DNA of 64,000 nucleotides from Phoronis australis (GCA_002633005.1 NMRA01000006.1:940730-1004729), one strand, 5' to 3'; positions 38,369 through 52,400 are shown, counted from the first letter of the stretch. The notes: generated from the letters alone by a model not told the origin. A program made the numbers and translations.

Positions 38369-38820
38369 GTGTGGCATGTTGACTGACTAGTAAATGAAAG
38401 CAAACGACGACGGAACTTAACACAACCGAGGTAGAACAATGACTGACTCGGCAGCTCTCACAGTCAGACTATATGAAAAGAAATTGGCGCGAAATGCTTG
38501 CCTCCTAAAACGTCACTTCCGCAGTAGCGGACGAGTAATTGATAAAATTACGAAAAGCTGTAATTAAGTGGAAAATATGTCTAGGATAACCAACCAACAT
38601 TATTTTAGCTCAAAATGACATGGAAAAAGGTTGCCTTTGCCTTTAAGAAACAAAGCGGAGTGTGCCATACAAATTCATTTCTCTAGTATTTTTAAAAATC
38701 CATCATTCTTACATGCATGCCAACTGAAGTTCCATGCCGAGCAGGATTAAAGGAAGACCTATACCCGCAAAGAGATGTCCACCAATGTCTGATCATTGTC
38801 ACTTGTTGTTTGTTTAATAG

Positions 38821-38850
38821 CAGGTTCCTGTAAAAATATCAACCAATAAG
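38821..38850 (+). CDS. Candidate micro-exon E ((Q)VPVKISTNK) with NAGNAG acceptor
   Basis: TTGTTTGTTTAATAG|CAG| acceptor, donor AAG|GTAAAT, phase 0-0. Confidence 0.35.
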
Positions 38851-39019
38851 GTAAATCCTAAACAAGCGGCCAATCCTACGAGCTGACGCTGTCGGCTACG
38901 AAGCGCCAAAAGTTCCGGCTATTTTATACGATGCTTGATATGACGTTGACTTTTTCACGGATGTCGAACTATATTTTTCGAAAGTTCTATTGAGAGTCTG
39001 CATAAAATGTTAGTTTCAT

Positions 39020-42000
39020 AAATGCATAACATGAAATTTTGATTTCATGAGTAAGAATGAAGTAGTAATAATACATTCTGTGCCAGAATGCTTGCGCAAT
39101 AGTCACTCAAATACAGAAATAGTTCACGCATCCCTCTGCAAAATTCTACTATTTACAACAAGAAAAGGTTTAATTTTGTTTGGGTTTTTAATTATATTCT
39201 ATAGTGAGGAAAATTCGTACTCACTCATAAAGTCGTCCACACTTACGACCTACCTCACTACCCAGGTGGACAGTGCTTCTAACGAAAGTATACTTCGTTT
39301 TTAATTCTAGTAACTCATAACGTCTTATCGTTGGCAGGTCCTTAATTAACGAACATATCTACACGTATCTGCTAACATTCAAGACCTAACTGTAAAAGAA
39401 AAGAAATAACAGTATTGTAATAGTATTGTGGTTTGTACTGGAACTACACTTACCTTAGGACCTTTATGGCACAATTAGTTAGAATGGTTTATTATACTGT
39501 ATAAGTCTTGGCAAACAGTTCTATGAAATGTGACTCATATGCATGTGGTCTTGTGTATTGCAAAAACATGTTGTTGTACAGTAGTTAGTCAGTCCGCAAT
39601 AAAGCAATGTTCAAGTAAAGACGTCTTCTTCACTCCTCTCACCGCAAGATATTACAAGTATCAGTCATTACATCTGTTCCTCTGATACAATGCTAAAAGC
39701 ACTCCTATAGGACACTCACATTGAACTCGTCAAGGTTGGGCATAATTGTGTTTGATTATCATAACAACTTCGTTCTTACTCAAATTGTTTAGGTCATGCT
39801 TTACAAGCATTTATGAAATTAACAATTTCATTTCGTAATAACGGAAGTAGTCATAAAACTGCATGTTTAAAGCTACATTGTTAGCATTTTATTTTGCTAA
39901 CTCTGGTTCTCCGTGCCTGGGACCTCAGTCTGAGCTTGAAGGTTTCTTGTAAAACTTGTTGAAAGTGTTAGCATTGGCCCAATTGACACAAGCTATTATC
40001 TGCCGTGCAGAGACCCCTGGCGTTTGAAACTGAAGTATCTGGTGTTGAATGTGCTTTGAAAACTGAAGTATCAATTCTGGTTGCAGCCTTAATTTCTTTG
40101 AGCCGTCATGCTATAGAACAAGCTATCACAGCCTTGTGAGGTCTGATGTAACTCAGAAATAGGTGGTTCATTTGATCTCGAGTCACTCTCAAATTGGCTT
40201 TTCTACTCAACTATGATAAAACCGCAAATAGCTTCTCGTTACCGTTAAAGATTGTAATGAAAAATTTAAGAAAGGACTGTTAGGTTCTTTGCTTTTAGTC
40301 ATCCCCACAATGGGGATGTCAATCGTGTCCCCAAATTCAGTTATTAACGTGAGGTTGATTTTGTGCAACCCCGAGCCTCTGGCGATTGTAGTCAACGCTA
40401 ACAGCATTGCCACTTTCCGGGACAATTCTTTCAGTGACAATTCCACATTGTCTGCCAACGATGCTATGTATAGCAGGACGTCTTTCACATTCCAAGTGGT
40501 GGTGTATCTTGCCCTAGGGGGAGGAGTTGTTAAGCATTGCTCGTAAGAGGCCTTTAATGACCGGGTGTTGGCCTAATGGGGTCCCTTCAATTGGCGGTCG
40601 GTATGCCGACAAGGATGAACTGCAGTTATTCAAAGTAGCATACTCGAGTCCTTTGTGGAACTGGGCTACAAGAAAGTCTGCTATGTTTGCTAAACTGGCT
40701 TGTAAGGGATCAACCGCCCTTTTAGGACAGGGGCCTGCGTATACTTTCCGGTTGCAACGTCTTCTGAAAACTCCTTTGTTGGCTGATGAGGCCTGAGACT
40801 GTCCAAGCTGCAGGATTTAGACTGTTGGCCATGATTAGCGGATGTGTGTCCTCCTTGGGGGGACGTCAGTAATAGTGTAACAGGTGGCAACAGAATCGGC
40901 AAATCGATGCTCATGCTTATGGTTGACCTGGCCACACCGGAGAGACTAGTGTCAACGAGGCCTCCTGTTTCCGCACTTCGGCTTATGAGGCAAAACGACG
41001 GGAAAGCATAATGTGCGTTCATACTGTTGCAGTTCAATGTAAAGGCATCAGTCGTTATTGTTAGTGGTTCCAGCTTCCAACTGACAAACTTCGTCCTTTG
41101 AGATGTCAATCCACCAGAGAAGAGTTCCATTGCAAATGGGTCACGCATTTTGTCTAGCTGCCTGAATACCTCTCGGCCAAACATCCAGTTGCTCTTGTCC
41201 GTGAACACTCTAGATTTGTTAACCGCTATGACGTTCTGCACCCCGGTTGGTGCTTGGTAGTAATTGTGTTCCTGCGTGTCACTTGAAGCAAAGTTCGGGA
41301 TCGCGTACCTCCCGTTTCGTTTATATGTGTCACTGGGTGAACATGACACTTTGTTCATTCTCCGACAAAGCACTGAATGGCAAAGAAGATTGCTTTGAAT
41401 CCTAGCACATTGATGTGTTCCAAGGCTTCCGAGATTTCTGCATTTGTAGCTGCCGATAATGCAAGGGTGCTGTTTGTATACTGCAAGAGTGGATGCACTG
41501 AGCTGTCCTGTGAGCTGTGACAGCTCCCTGACAGTAACCGTTGTTTGCTGCAGTATTTGTTTTCGTTTGTTTTTTAAATTTCCCTTCTGGCAAGGACATG
41601 TCCATTTTCTGAGAATCCACAACGAAACCCAGGTACTCTACTGTCTGGCTGTCTGACAGTTGCGATTTCTCCCAATTTAGAACGAACCATGTCCTCTGGA
41701 GAAGCCAGAGCCGAGTTCCTGTCGGTTTCTAAGTCTTCCCTCGATTGGTTTAGTATTATAATGTCGTCGAGATAGATCAACAGCCCCACACCCACTCGTC
41801 ACAAGAATGCCACGTCTGGCTTCAGGAGCTTTGTGAACACTCAAGGGGCTGAGCTCTGTCCCAAACGGCAAACCTGAAACTCGTACAGTGATAGGTTCCA
41901 AGCAAATTGCAGATAACGACGGTGTTGCTGTGCTATTTGGACCCAAAATAAGCGTCTTTTAGATCTAAGGTACACATCCAATCGCCTGGTTGAATCAGTG

Positions 42001-43775
42001 ATACCGGTGTTGTCATGCCTTCCATTTTGAGGGGTTCGTAAGTTAAAAGCCTGTTTAGTGGTCGCAGGTTGAACACTGGTGGAAGAGTGACATTCGTTTT
42101 CTCCCTTAGAGAAATGTGATCGACACTGGGTGTTATCGAAGCGATTGCGCCTTTATTTAGGAGGTCTTGCACTTCCTCTGTGAGAAGCATTCTCTCCGTT
42201 AATGAGAATGTGGAGCAGACACCTTTCCCCTGAATTGGTCGTTCGAAAAGATCGAGCGCAAAACCCTGAACTGCCTGTAGCACCCAGGTGTCGTTTGTTA
42301 GCTTGCGCCAATTGTGTAGAAATTGGTTGATTTGTCCGCCCAGCGGCGTTTTGTTTGCTGAGGGAACAAGGACAAACATGCCCAGGTGCGAATCCGAGTG
42401 TGTGAGTACGTCTAGTGGGACGTCCTGGCTTGACACTTATAGTGACCGGTGTGCAACCTGCACGTCTGCAATGGATAGTTGTAATGGCACTATTGGCCTT
42501 GACTCGTTCAAAGCGACGCGGCCGGGAGCTTTTCCTCCTGGTCTGCGAGGGTTGGGGGTAGTGGTTGACGCCCCCCCCCCCCTTCTCCTGGCGTGAAGAT
42601 GGGCCCCTTGGAAAGGGCTGTGACTGGAAAAAACCACCCATTGGTCTTTGTTGTCTGTTCCCGAGGTACGTTTTGATACCTCGGGCTCTACTTCCGACCC
42701 GTGACCTTCTTGTGTAGTGCCTTGTAGAACCTTCGACCAAACACTGTTGATGACCTGTTAATGGCCTTGGCTACTACCATGTCGCCTGCCTCCAAGCTGT
42801 CTCGCAGCACTCGGAACAGGACGTTCACTCGTCTTTTATACGAGATGGCAGTATTGGTCTGGCCATTAAACATCACGGTCTGTTCCGCCAAGAAGAAGTC
42901 CCTGCGAGTCAATTTTCACTCCCCTCACTTTTCCGCCAAAGGGTGCCGAGCGGGCCCTTGTTATTCAGCACACACTGCTGCACATGTTTATTGCTGCTGT
43001 CCGCAACGGCTAATGGCTTTTGGGCCGGCGGTGGCACTCAATCTAGCACATCCCCATTAAGGGCCGGTCTTCACAGCAAGCTCTGGTTATGTCCGACAGG
43101 GCGTGTGATCGAATATGGATTCTTTCAGAGCTGTACTGAGCAAATGATCAAAAAAGTGGTTGGCAACGAATGCTGCCAGGTCTTTCGACAGTGACCATTG
43201 CACCAATTTGACTGTAGCTAAAAGGTCAAATCTAGCCACTTTGTGTGTGGGTAATATTAGTCAGCCTCCGAGTCGGATAACTCGTGACAAGAGGCTGTGC
43301 TACTAGTGGCTCATGGGCGCTGCCCTTCTCGACGGCAATCAGCTTCAACAGACCCAATGTCGCAGTCTGACTACATACGTACAATGTCATCTGGGTCTGA
43401 CCCTTATCATACACGGACATTGAAGGGGAGTCATTGCAAGCAGATACATTGCCGTGTGAAAATAGCCCGCCCGTAGGCGGATTGGTAGACCGCCGTCTGC
43501 CGATACACCGCCATGAATACACCGTTAACAGCGCCAAAACACTTGTGTTCGCTTTTCGAGCTTCTATAATTACAGTAAAGGTAACCCGCAAAGGTGGATG
43601 GATGAATTTAGAATAGGAATTTTACGATTTCGATTCGACACTGTATGTATACGTCTGCTTATCAAATAGTTGAATTGCAGAAGGATGTGTGCGCAATTTC
43701 CGTCTTTAGTGCGCAAGCATTCTGACGCAGAATGCACTTATTATAAATGCTTCCATTCTTACGAAATGAGATTAC
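39020..43775 (-). mobile_element. DIRS1-like tyrosine-recombinase retrotransposon, decayed
   Basis: Minus strand: gag-like region (~42450-43200); RT (FNLRPLN..KMEG..DWMCTLDLKDAYF, IYLDD); RNase H/methyltransferase-like region (DAFTLN..YAFPSFCLI); YR (LLALTTIARGSGL, KAHST, NWANANTFNKFYKKP). Diverged ITRs at 39020-39160 and 43660-43775, with an ICR-like copy at ~39805-39870. Confidence 0.9.
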
Positions 43776-44750
43776 TATACTCGTCACCATTGGCAAGTTC
43801 ACGTTTATGTATTAAATGCACTGGGCTATTTTTTATGGTGTTGACTGGTTTGGCTGTGGTAATAAATTTCTTTCCCTTCACGTAATGGTATCACAACCAT
43901 TCCTTTGCCGCCATCACCGTTTCGGTCATTACCTGCTCGGCCACTAATATGGGTTGTTGTTCACAATTTGTGAACAATCTGCTGTTTTTCGAATAACCTG
44001 TCGATAACATGTACAGTACCTTAATTACACGTATTTCGAAGCCATTGGCCCACAGTACAACAAATATGCGAAAACACATCCATAGAGGTTTCGCAAAGCG
44101 ACGTGAATGTGAATTATGACGAACAAATCATTCTTGTTCGATGATATCGAGAGAGAATGGAAAAAGGGAGCCACAGGTTTCGCGTTTTGAAGCGACGCAA
44201 ATCCCCATGTATTCACGTAAAATGCTCAAACGGGATTACGGCACAGCTAACAATGGCATGTGTTACCCTGTATTAGAAATGCGTGATAATTGACCTTCAC
44301 GTCGCTTTAAGCTCTATAATGTCCCAAGAAATGAGTAAAAAGTTACGCAATCAGTTACATCTCCATCTGTTGCTCGGTTACTAAGATATCATTGACCCTG
44401 AGCTACATAGTGCGTATTACAACAAACTTTTGATGTAGAGAGTGATACGAATCAAAGTAAATATATTGATGTGCGTCATGATTTTTGGAGTAGATTTGTA
44501 CTTTTAAATGACTGTTGTAAATGAATAAATATGAGTTATTGATCACCGCCTTAATTCACTACACAACACATCTTCCATGCCACATGGCGGGAAACTCATC
44601 TCAGTCACATGCCATCAAAAATAATTTAAGGCAGTTTTGCCTAATTTCTCATGTAAGTCTAGCTTTCTATTGAAGCTGCTTACTGTCTTATGGAATATAA
44701 TGTACTACAGTGACGTCCTTACAACGTGCTTCAAATTTCTGACTCTTTAG

Positions 44751-44822
44751 GTAGCACCACCCAGGTACATAACAATAGAGGAAAATATGGGAAACGTGAC
44801 CTTCCCTCCTCGGGATCCAGGA
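44751..44822 (+). CDS. Candidate exon F (VAPPRYITIEENMGNVTFPPRDPG)
   Basis: Acceptor TTCTGACTCTTTAG, 72 nt, donor GGA|GTAAGT. Confidence 0.45.
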
Positions 44823-44836
44823 GTAAGTATGGTCAA

Positions 44837-45370
44837 AGGCGAAGGCAACCTTTTTTCATGTCATTTTTAATAAAAATACGGTTCGTTGATTAACCCAGAC
44901 ATATTTTAGTTAATTACGACTTTTCGTCATTTAATTAGTTAGTCGTACCCTACTCCGGAAGTGATGTTTAGGGGTTAAGAATTTCCCGGCATTTTGTTTC
45001 CGCGTTTGAGTTTACTTTGAGGATCTGTTCTACTGCTGTGTTGGTACTGGTTTCCTCAATTACGTTGGATTTAGGGATGGTTTAGTTTGTGGTAACCTGA
45101 AAATGGCTGGTGTCGGAGACTCATTTCACAGTGATGTGAGTCTGTGACGGCCTGTTCACTGGTGACGAACTGTTCTCTTCAGTGGGTGTCCAACTGGGCT
45201 TGTATACACTCCCACTACTCAACATCGCTGCAGGGCTGCTTACAGGTTCTAAGCTGGAGAACCCACCAGCAAGGGCTAGTTCCCGGAATTGCACTCCCTG
45301 GGGGTAACTACGGAGACACGGGTGACAGTAGATAAAGAGGCTCCAGTCACTGTAGTGGCTACATATCGCT
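44837..45370. mobile_element. Kolobok-type element 3, internally deleted and lacking its other end
   Basis: TCAA|AGGCGAAGGCAACC end; start of the accessory gene (ATGGCTGGTGTCGG at ~45103) is fused at TGACGA to the reverse complement of 34320-34520. Confidence 0.8.
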
Positions 45371-46494
45371 AGTAAATGAGTTATAAAAAGTGGCAGAAAA
45401 TAAAAGTTCAGGCACTTCATAGTTGATTGCTTAGTATAACTCAAGTACTGATGACGTTTGACAATTTTTGTAAACGGTAACCTAAAAAATGAGAATAAGT
45501 TAAGACACTTTCACGTGATAAAATTTATTTTAGAGAATTAAGGATGACGTGTGTGCTAATAATCCCGCACACTTTCATTTGCCTCATTTATATTTTCAGC
45601 GACGAGATGACAATCATGAACCTCAGTAATTTTAACCTACGCAGTAAGTAGTTCAGTACTGGAGGAACAGCGAGCCATTAAGTAAAGAAATAGATATGGT
45701 GCAAAATGAACGTACATGGGTAGTTTTAAGATTGGCGAGTGCCAATAAACTATGAAGGGTTTTCTTGAGTTGCCGATAGTTTCTACGCTCTTTTTGGTCA
45801 CGGAAATAGAATCTTATCGTAGCAAGGGATCAGTTTTAAGAGAATAATTTCCTTGTTTTAGCCAGCCAAACGAGATAAATTTAGGATTATACAAATTGAC
45901 TCCAAGTGAAATTTCCGGAACGCCAGATAGTGTGGAAGTTGCCTGGTAGTACTTATTTACATCGCATATGACAAGTTTCGTCTGCAGTTATCGATAACGG
46001 ACTTATACAACAATTAATAGGACTGAACTCCAGATTGCGTGATATACGCAGCGAGAAAGTGCATAAGAGGTGACACTAAGCGCACTAAGCGATCACATGA
46101 AATTTGTTGCGTGTGAAGTTTTAAAAATATGAGTCTCATCCTGGCCTTGCCACAGTGAACCTACCGCACATTAACTAAGGACCTGTTGGGAGGCTGATAA
46201 CTTAAATCAAAATAATTAGGATTCTTACTCTCATGAAATCAGCCTCACAATCATCGAAAAACCTATTTTTACTCTGTACCTGCATGCACTCACATCAATA
46301 GCATACACTGAAGCAACGGTGAACAATGTTTAAAACGTTGTAATTTGCCAAGCGGTGCATAATTTCCTATGAACAGTGCACCGGCAAGTTCCTTAAAAGT
46401 TCACAGAGTTTGGTTTAGTAACTCAAATAGGGTTTCGTGGAACTTTGCGAATGGCCTATTTTTTCCGTACGTGGCATAGATTCGCTAAGTCGGA

Positions 46495-49400
46495 GAGCAG
46501 CGTCTAAGTCAAGGTTTGATTGGTAACGGCGCCGTTTTGGGATTCCCCAAGAAGCATACCGTTGTGGTGTACTCGTGGCTGCGATTCAACGCTTTGCGTT
46601 GCTCTTGTTATCGTGCTCGGATAATTTGCAATTGTATAATTTACGCGCGCATTCAATCCACAGTCTACATATCTGCCAATCCGTGCGTATAGAGCACACG
46701 TATGGAGTGGACGGTCCATAGACAAGTGCAACACGAAACAAAAGGAGGCATCTGTATGCAGTATTTAGAGGTACAATGCATTCCAATATATATCAATTCT
46801 GATAACGTCACCTAGTTTATATCAACTAAACCGACTGAATCTATGTTTCTGTCAAAGGGAGCATGCACAGAATCGATGACATCAGGAGAGATGTGTCATA
46901 CATTGTGCCCGCGTGGAAACAAACATCGAGTGCGAGAGAATCCCGAGAAGAATAAATGCTGTCAAAGTCTACGCCCGGACGACTGCATTTCGCATTGCCC
47001 AGCTCGAGACAGGGGATTTGCATACGTTTCTATTGATGAAAGAATGACACTCGTGAGTTATGGATGAGACCCCGCTACACTTGCTTAATAAAAGTTAGCC
47101 AAGTAATGCGAGTGTATTACAGTTATACGAGCGTATTACAGTCTTGCAATATTTTACAAGTATTATCTCTGTACCTATCACATATAAGTAACTGTGTAAA
47201 TGTTCTTACAGGCTTTGCAGCGCCTAAGTTAAGTTATGATTGGTAACACCAAATTACTGAGAAAATTTACCAGGCAATCATGCATCCGTTTTCGATGTCG
47301 AGGCTCAAAAATATTACCGAACATAAAATTTGTTCTTGAAAATAAATATCAGGATTGACTTTTATTTTCTATATAAGTAGCAATGCATTCCACATGATTA
47401 TCTGTAACACACACTTGCAGCCATCTCTGAGACATGTGCACAAACGCAAGTTAGGTTAAACATCATAGAAATAAGCTATTCTTAAATACTTTAAACTATT
47501 CACTTCACTTCTCTACAATGGTGTGTGTGAACTTGGAGTTCTGCTTAAATTCAATATGACGTATGAGTGAACATAGGATTATATGTTCATTTAAGTAATA
47601 AGGCGAAAGTTTTTACTCTTTTAAAAAATTTTGTCTTATGTTTATACTATTATCGCCCAATTTCCGGAACCTGTGTCTCAGAATCGTAGGAATATGCAAA
47701 TGGTTAATAAAGTATTGTTTGGAAAGATCCCCAATAGCTGAAAAACAATATAGTTGTCTAAAGTTCACGTTTTTGTAAAAATGTGATTTGTTTAGTACAG
47801 TGCAATGTTTAAAGGTGAAGGTGCCATTATTGGGTTGAGTTACGTAACTGTTACAAGTTGACGCAAAAAGGATCTTGAGATTAAAAATTCCAGCTTAAGC
47901 ACATGACGACTTGCAAGTGCACACAGTTTCAGGGTAGCTAAGTAGTTGAACTATAATTCGACAAAAGATTTGCGTTATTGTCAAGTCGACAGTTCCATGG
48001 CGGTCTCGTAGAACGACGCGATGTTAGCACAGAAATCCTATTCGTAAAACCCAATTATGAGAAGAAACAGAATATCTTTAGCCAAATGATGGATTGTGTA
48101 TCCCTTTCCGTGTTTGTTGTCTGCAATGGGGATAAAAAGAGAAGGTTTCGATCACTAGCAAGAGGGTTGCTAGCCCTACCTGCAGGTCCCAAGTGAATGC
48201 TGGTAAAAACATTCCCGAATCAGTTGATGGATTTTCTTATTTATTTTGAAAATGGCACCAATTTCAAAAAAAAACAGAACAGAGCCACCCATGCGTTTTT
48301 CATCACGATGCACGTTGCTTTTATCATGATATTCGATAAGCAAGTTTATGTTAACACAGTTTTTTGAAATATTCACTGCCATTTTTGTGATTCTACTTAA
48401 CACCCAAAGAAGCATACCGTTGTGGTGCTCTCGTAGCTGCGATTCAACGCTTTGCGTTGCTCTTGTTATCGTACTCGGTTATTTTGCAACTGCATAATTT
48501 ACGCGCGCATTCAATCCAGAGTCTACATATCTGCCAATCCGTGCATATAGAGCACACGTATGGAGTGGACGGTCCATAGACACTTGCAACACGAAACATA
48601 ACGAGGCATCTGTATGAAGTCTTTAGAGATTCGTTGCACTCCATTATACATTTATTCTAGGAACGTTACCAGGTGTATATCAACTAAACCGACTGAACCT
48701 ATGTTTCTGTCAAAGGGAACATGCACAGATTCGATGACTTCAGGCAAGAGATGTGGTATACATTGTCCCTCGCATGGCAACAAACATCGAGCGCCAAAGT
48801 ATCCCGAGGAGAATACAAGCTGTCAAAGTCTACGCCCTAACGACGCCATTTCGCATTGCCCAGCTCGAGACAGCGGACTTGTATACGTTCATATTGTTGA
48901 AAGGATAACACCCATGAGTTATGGATGAGCCCCACACATACTTGCTTAATAAAGGTTAGCGAAGTAATACGAGTGTATTACAGTAATAGGAGCCACTTAT
49001 ACGTTTTTCTTCACGATTCGCGTTGCTTTTATCATGATATTCGATAAGTATTTTTATGTTAGTATCGTTTTTTGAAATATTCAGTGCCCTTTTTGTGATC
49101 CCACTTAAACCCCAGGAAGCATACCGTTGTGGTGCACTCGGGGCTGCGATTCAACGCCCTACGTTGCTTTTATTATCGTACTCGGCTTTTTTGCAATTGT
49201 GTCATTTACGCGTGTTTTGAATCCACAGTCTACGTATCCGCCTATCCGTGCGTGTAGAACATACGTGTGGAGTGGATGGTCCATAGACAAGTGCAACACG
49301 AAACAAAAGAAGGCTTTTGTATGCAGAATTTAGAGGTTCGTTGCATTTCATTATACATTAATTGTGATAACGTCAACTAGTTTATAACAACTAAACCGAC

Positions 49401-52400
49401 TGAATCTATGTTTCTGTCAAAGGGAGAATGCACAGATTCGATGACTTCACATAAGAGATGTGGCATACATTGTGCCCCGCACGGCAACAAACATCGAGCG
49501 CGAGAGTATCCCGAGGAGAATATATGCTGTCAAAGTCTACGCCCGGACGACGGCATTTCGCATTGGCCGGCTCGAAACAGAAGACCTACATACGTTTATA
49601 CTGAAGAAAGAATAACACCCGTGAGTTATGGATGAGACCCCAACACTCTTGCTTAATAAAGGTTAGCCACCTATACGTTTTTCATCACGATTAGCGTTGC
49701 TTTCATCATGATATTCGATAGGCATTTTTATGTTGGCACTGTTTTTTGAAATATCCATTGACATTTTTGTGATTCCACTTAACACCCCAAGAAGCATACC
49801 GATGTGGTGCACCCGTAGCTGCGATTTAACGATTTGCGTTGCTCTTCTTATAGTACTCGGCTTTTTAAAATTGCATAATTTACGCATGCATTGAATCAGC
49901 AGTCTACGTATCCGCCTATCCGTGCGTATAGAGCATACGTATGGAGTGGACGGTCCATAGACAAGTGCAACACGAAACAAAAAGAGACTTCTGTATGCAG
50001 TATTTAGAGGTTCAATGCATTCCAATATATATTAATTCTGATAACGTCACCTAGTTTATATCTACTAAGCCTACTGAACCTATGTTTCTGTCAAAGGGAG
50101 CATGCACACATTCGATGACTTCAGGAGAGATGTGTCATACATTGTGCCCCGCCTGGCAACAAACATCGAGTGCAAGAGAATCCCGAGGAGAATATATGCT
50201 GTCAAAGTCAACACCCGGACGACGGCATTTCGTATTGCCCAGCTCGAGATAGAGGATTTGCATACATTTATATTGATGAAAGAATGACACCCGTGAGTTA
50301 TTAATGAGACCCCCACACACTTGCTTAATACAGGTTAGCCAAGTAACGCGAGCGTATTGCAGTTATACGAGCGTAGTACATTCTTGCAACATTTTACAGA
50401 TATTATCTCTGTACCTAACAGTTATAAGTAACTGTGTAAATGTTCTTACAGGCTTTGCAGCGCCTAAGTTAAGTTATGATTGGTAACACCAAATTACTGA
50501 GAAAATTTAGCAGGCAATCATTCGTCTGTTTTCGATGTCGAGGATCAAAAATGTTACCGAAGATAAAATTTGTTCTTGGAAATAAATATCAGGATTGACT
50601 ATTATTTTCTATATAAGTAGCAATGCATTCCACATGATTATCTGTAACACACACTTGCAGCCATCTCTGAGCATGTGCACAAACGCAAGTTAGCTTAAAA
50701 ATCATCGAAATAAGCTATTCTTAAATAGTTTAAACTATTCATTACAATTCTCTGCAATTGTATCTTTGTTGTGTGTGAACTTTAGACTTCTGGTTAATTT
50801 CAATATCGCGCATGCGTGAACATAGGATTAAATGTTCATTTAAGTAATAAGGAGAAAGTTTTTATTCTTGGTAAATAATTTTTCTTATTTTTCTTATACT
50901 ATTATCGCCCAATTTCCGGAACATGTGTCTCAGAATCGTAGGAATTTGTAAATGGTTAATAAACCATTGTTTGGAAAGATCCCCAATAGCTGAAAAACTA
51001 TATAGTTGTCTGAAGTTCACATTTTTATAAACATGTGATTTGCTTTAGTACAGTGCAATTTTTTTCAAAGTGAACGAGCCATTTTTGGAGTGAAAATTCC
51101 TAAGTATTACAAGTTGATGCAAATGTGATCTTGAGACTAAGGATTCCAGCTAAATTATCGACCATTTTCCGGAACCTGTGTCACAGAATTGGAGGAATAT
51201 GTGAATGGTTAATAAATTATTGTTATGAGAAATCCCAATAGCTTGAAATCAATATAGTTGTCTAAAGTTCACATTTTTATAAACATGTGATTTGCTTTAG
51301 TACAGTGCAACTTTTTAAAGGTGAACTTGCCATTATTGGGGTGAAGTCACCTAACTGTTACAAGATGACGCAAATAAGATCTTGAGATCAAAAATTCCAT
51401 CTTAAGCACGTGACGACTTGTAAGTGCACACAGTAGTTGAACTATCATTCGACAAAAGATTTGCGTTATTGTCAAGTCGACCGTTCCATGGCGGTCTCGT
51501 GGGACGACGCGATGTTAGCACAGAAATCCTATTCGTAAAACCCAATTCTGAGATGAACAGAATATCTTTAGCCAAATGCTGGATTGTGAATCCCTTTCCG
51601 TGTTTGTTGTCTCCAATGGGGATAAAAATAGAAGGTTTCGATCACTAGCAAGAGGGTTGCTAGCCCTACCAGCAGGCCCCAAGTGAATGCTGGTAAAAAC
51701 ATTTCCGAATTAGTTGATGGATTTTCTTATTTATTTTGAAAATGGCACCAATTTTCAAAAAAAAAAACAAACAGAACAGAGCCAGATATTCGTTTTTCAT
51801 CACGATGCGCATTGCTTTTATCATGATATTCGATCAGCAAGTTTGTGTTAACACTGTTTTTGAAATATTCATTGCCGACTGAACCTATGTTTCTGTCAAA
51901 GGGAACATGCACAGATTCGATAACTTCAGGCAAGAGATGTGGTATACATTGTGCCCCGTATGGCACCAAACATCGAGCGCTAGAGTATCTCGAGAAGATT
52001 ATATGCTGTCAAAGTCTACGCCCGGACGACGGCATTTCGCATTGCCCTGCTCAGGACTGAGGACTTGCATACGTTTATACTGAAGAAAGAATAACACCCG
52101 TGATTCATGGATGAGACCCCTACCGAGCATGAAAGTAACCCGACGAGAATATATGCTGTCAAGGTCTACGCCCGGACTACGGCATTTCGCTTTGCCCTGC
52201 TCAAGACTGAGGACTTGCATACGTTTATACTGAAGAAAGAATAACACCCGTGATTTATGGATGAGACCCCTACCGAGCATGAAAGTATCCCGACGAGAAT
52301 ATATGCTGTCAAGGTCTACGCCCGGACTACGGCATTTCGCATTGCCCTGCTCAAGACTGAGGACTTGCATACGCTTATACTGAAGAAAGAATATCACCCG

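Larger units (their letters stand above)
37144..38642. mobile_element. Kolobok-type DNA transposon 2 (interior hidden by the gap)
   Basis: Perfect TTAA TSD (37140-37143, 38643-38646), AG...CT termini and about 150-bp TIRs. A + strand second gene starts from the left end, and the THAP start (ATG CCA CAC at 38377) is on the - strand from the right end. Confidence 0.9.

Noticed and set aside
37521-38439. Six long ORFs of 217-291 aa
   Set aside because: Artefacts of translating through the N gap.
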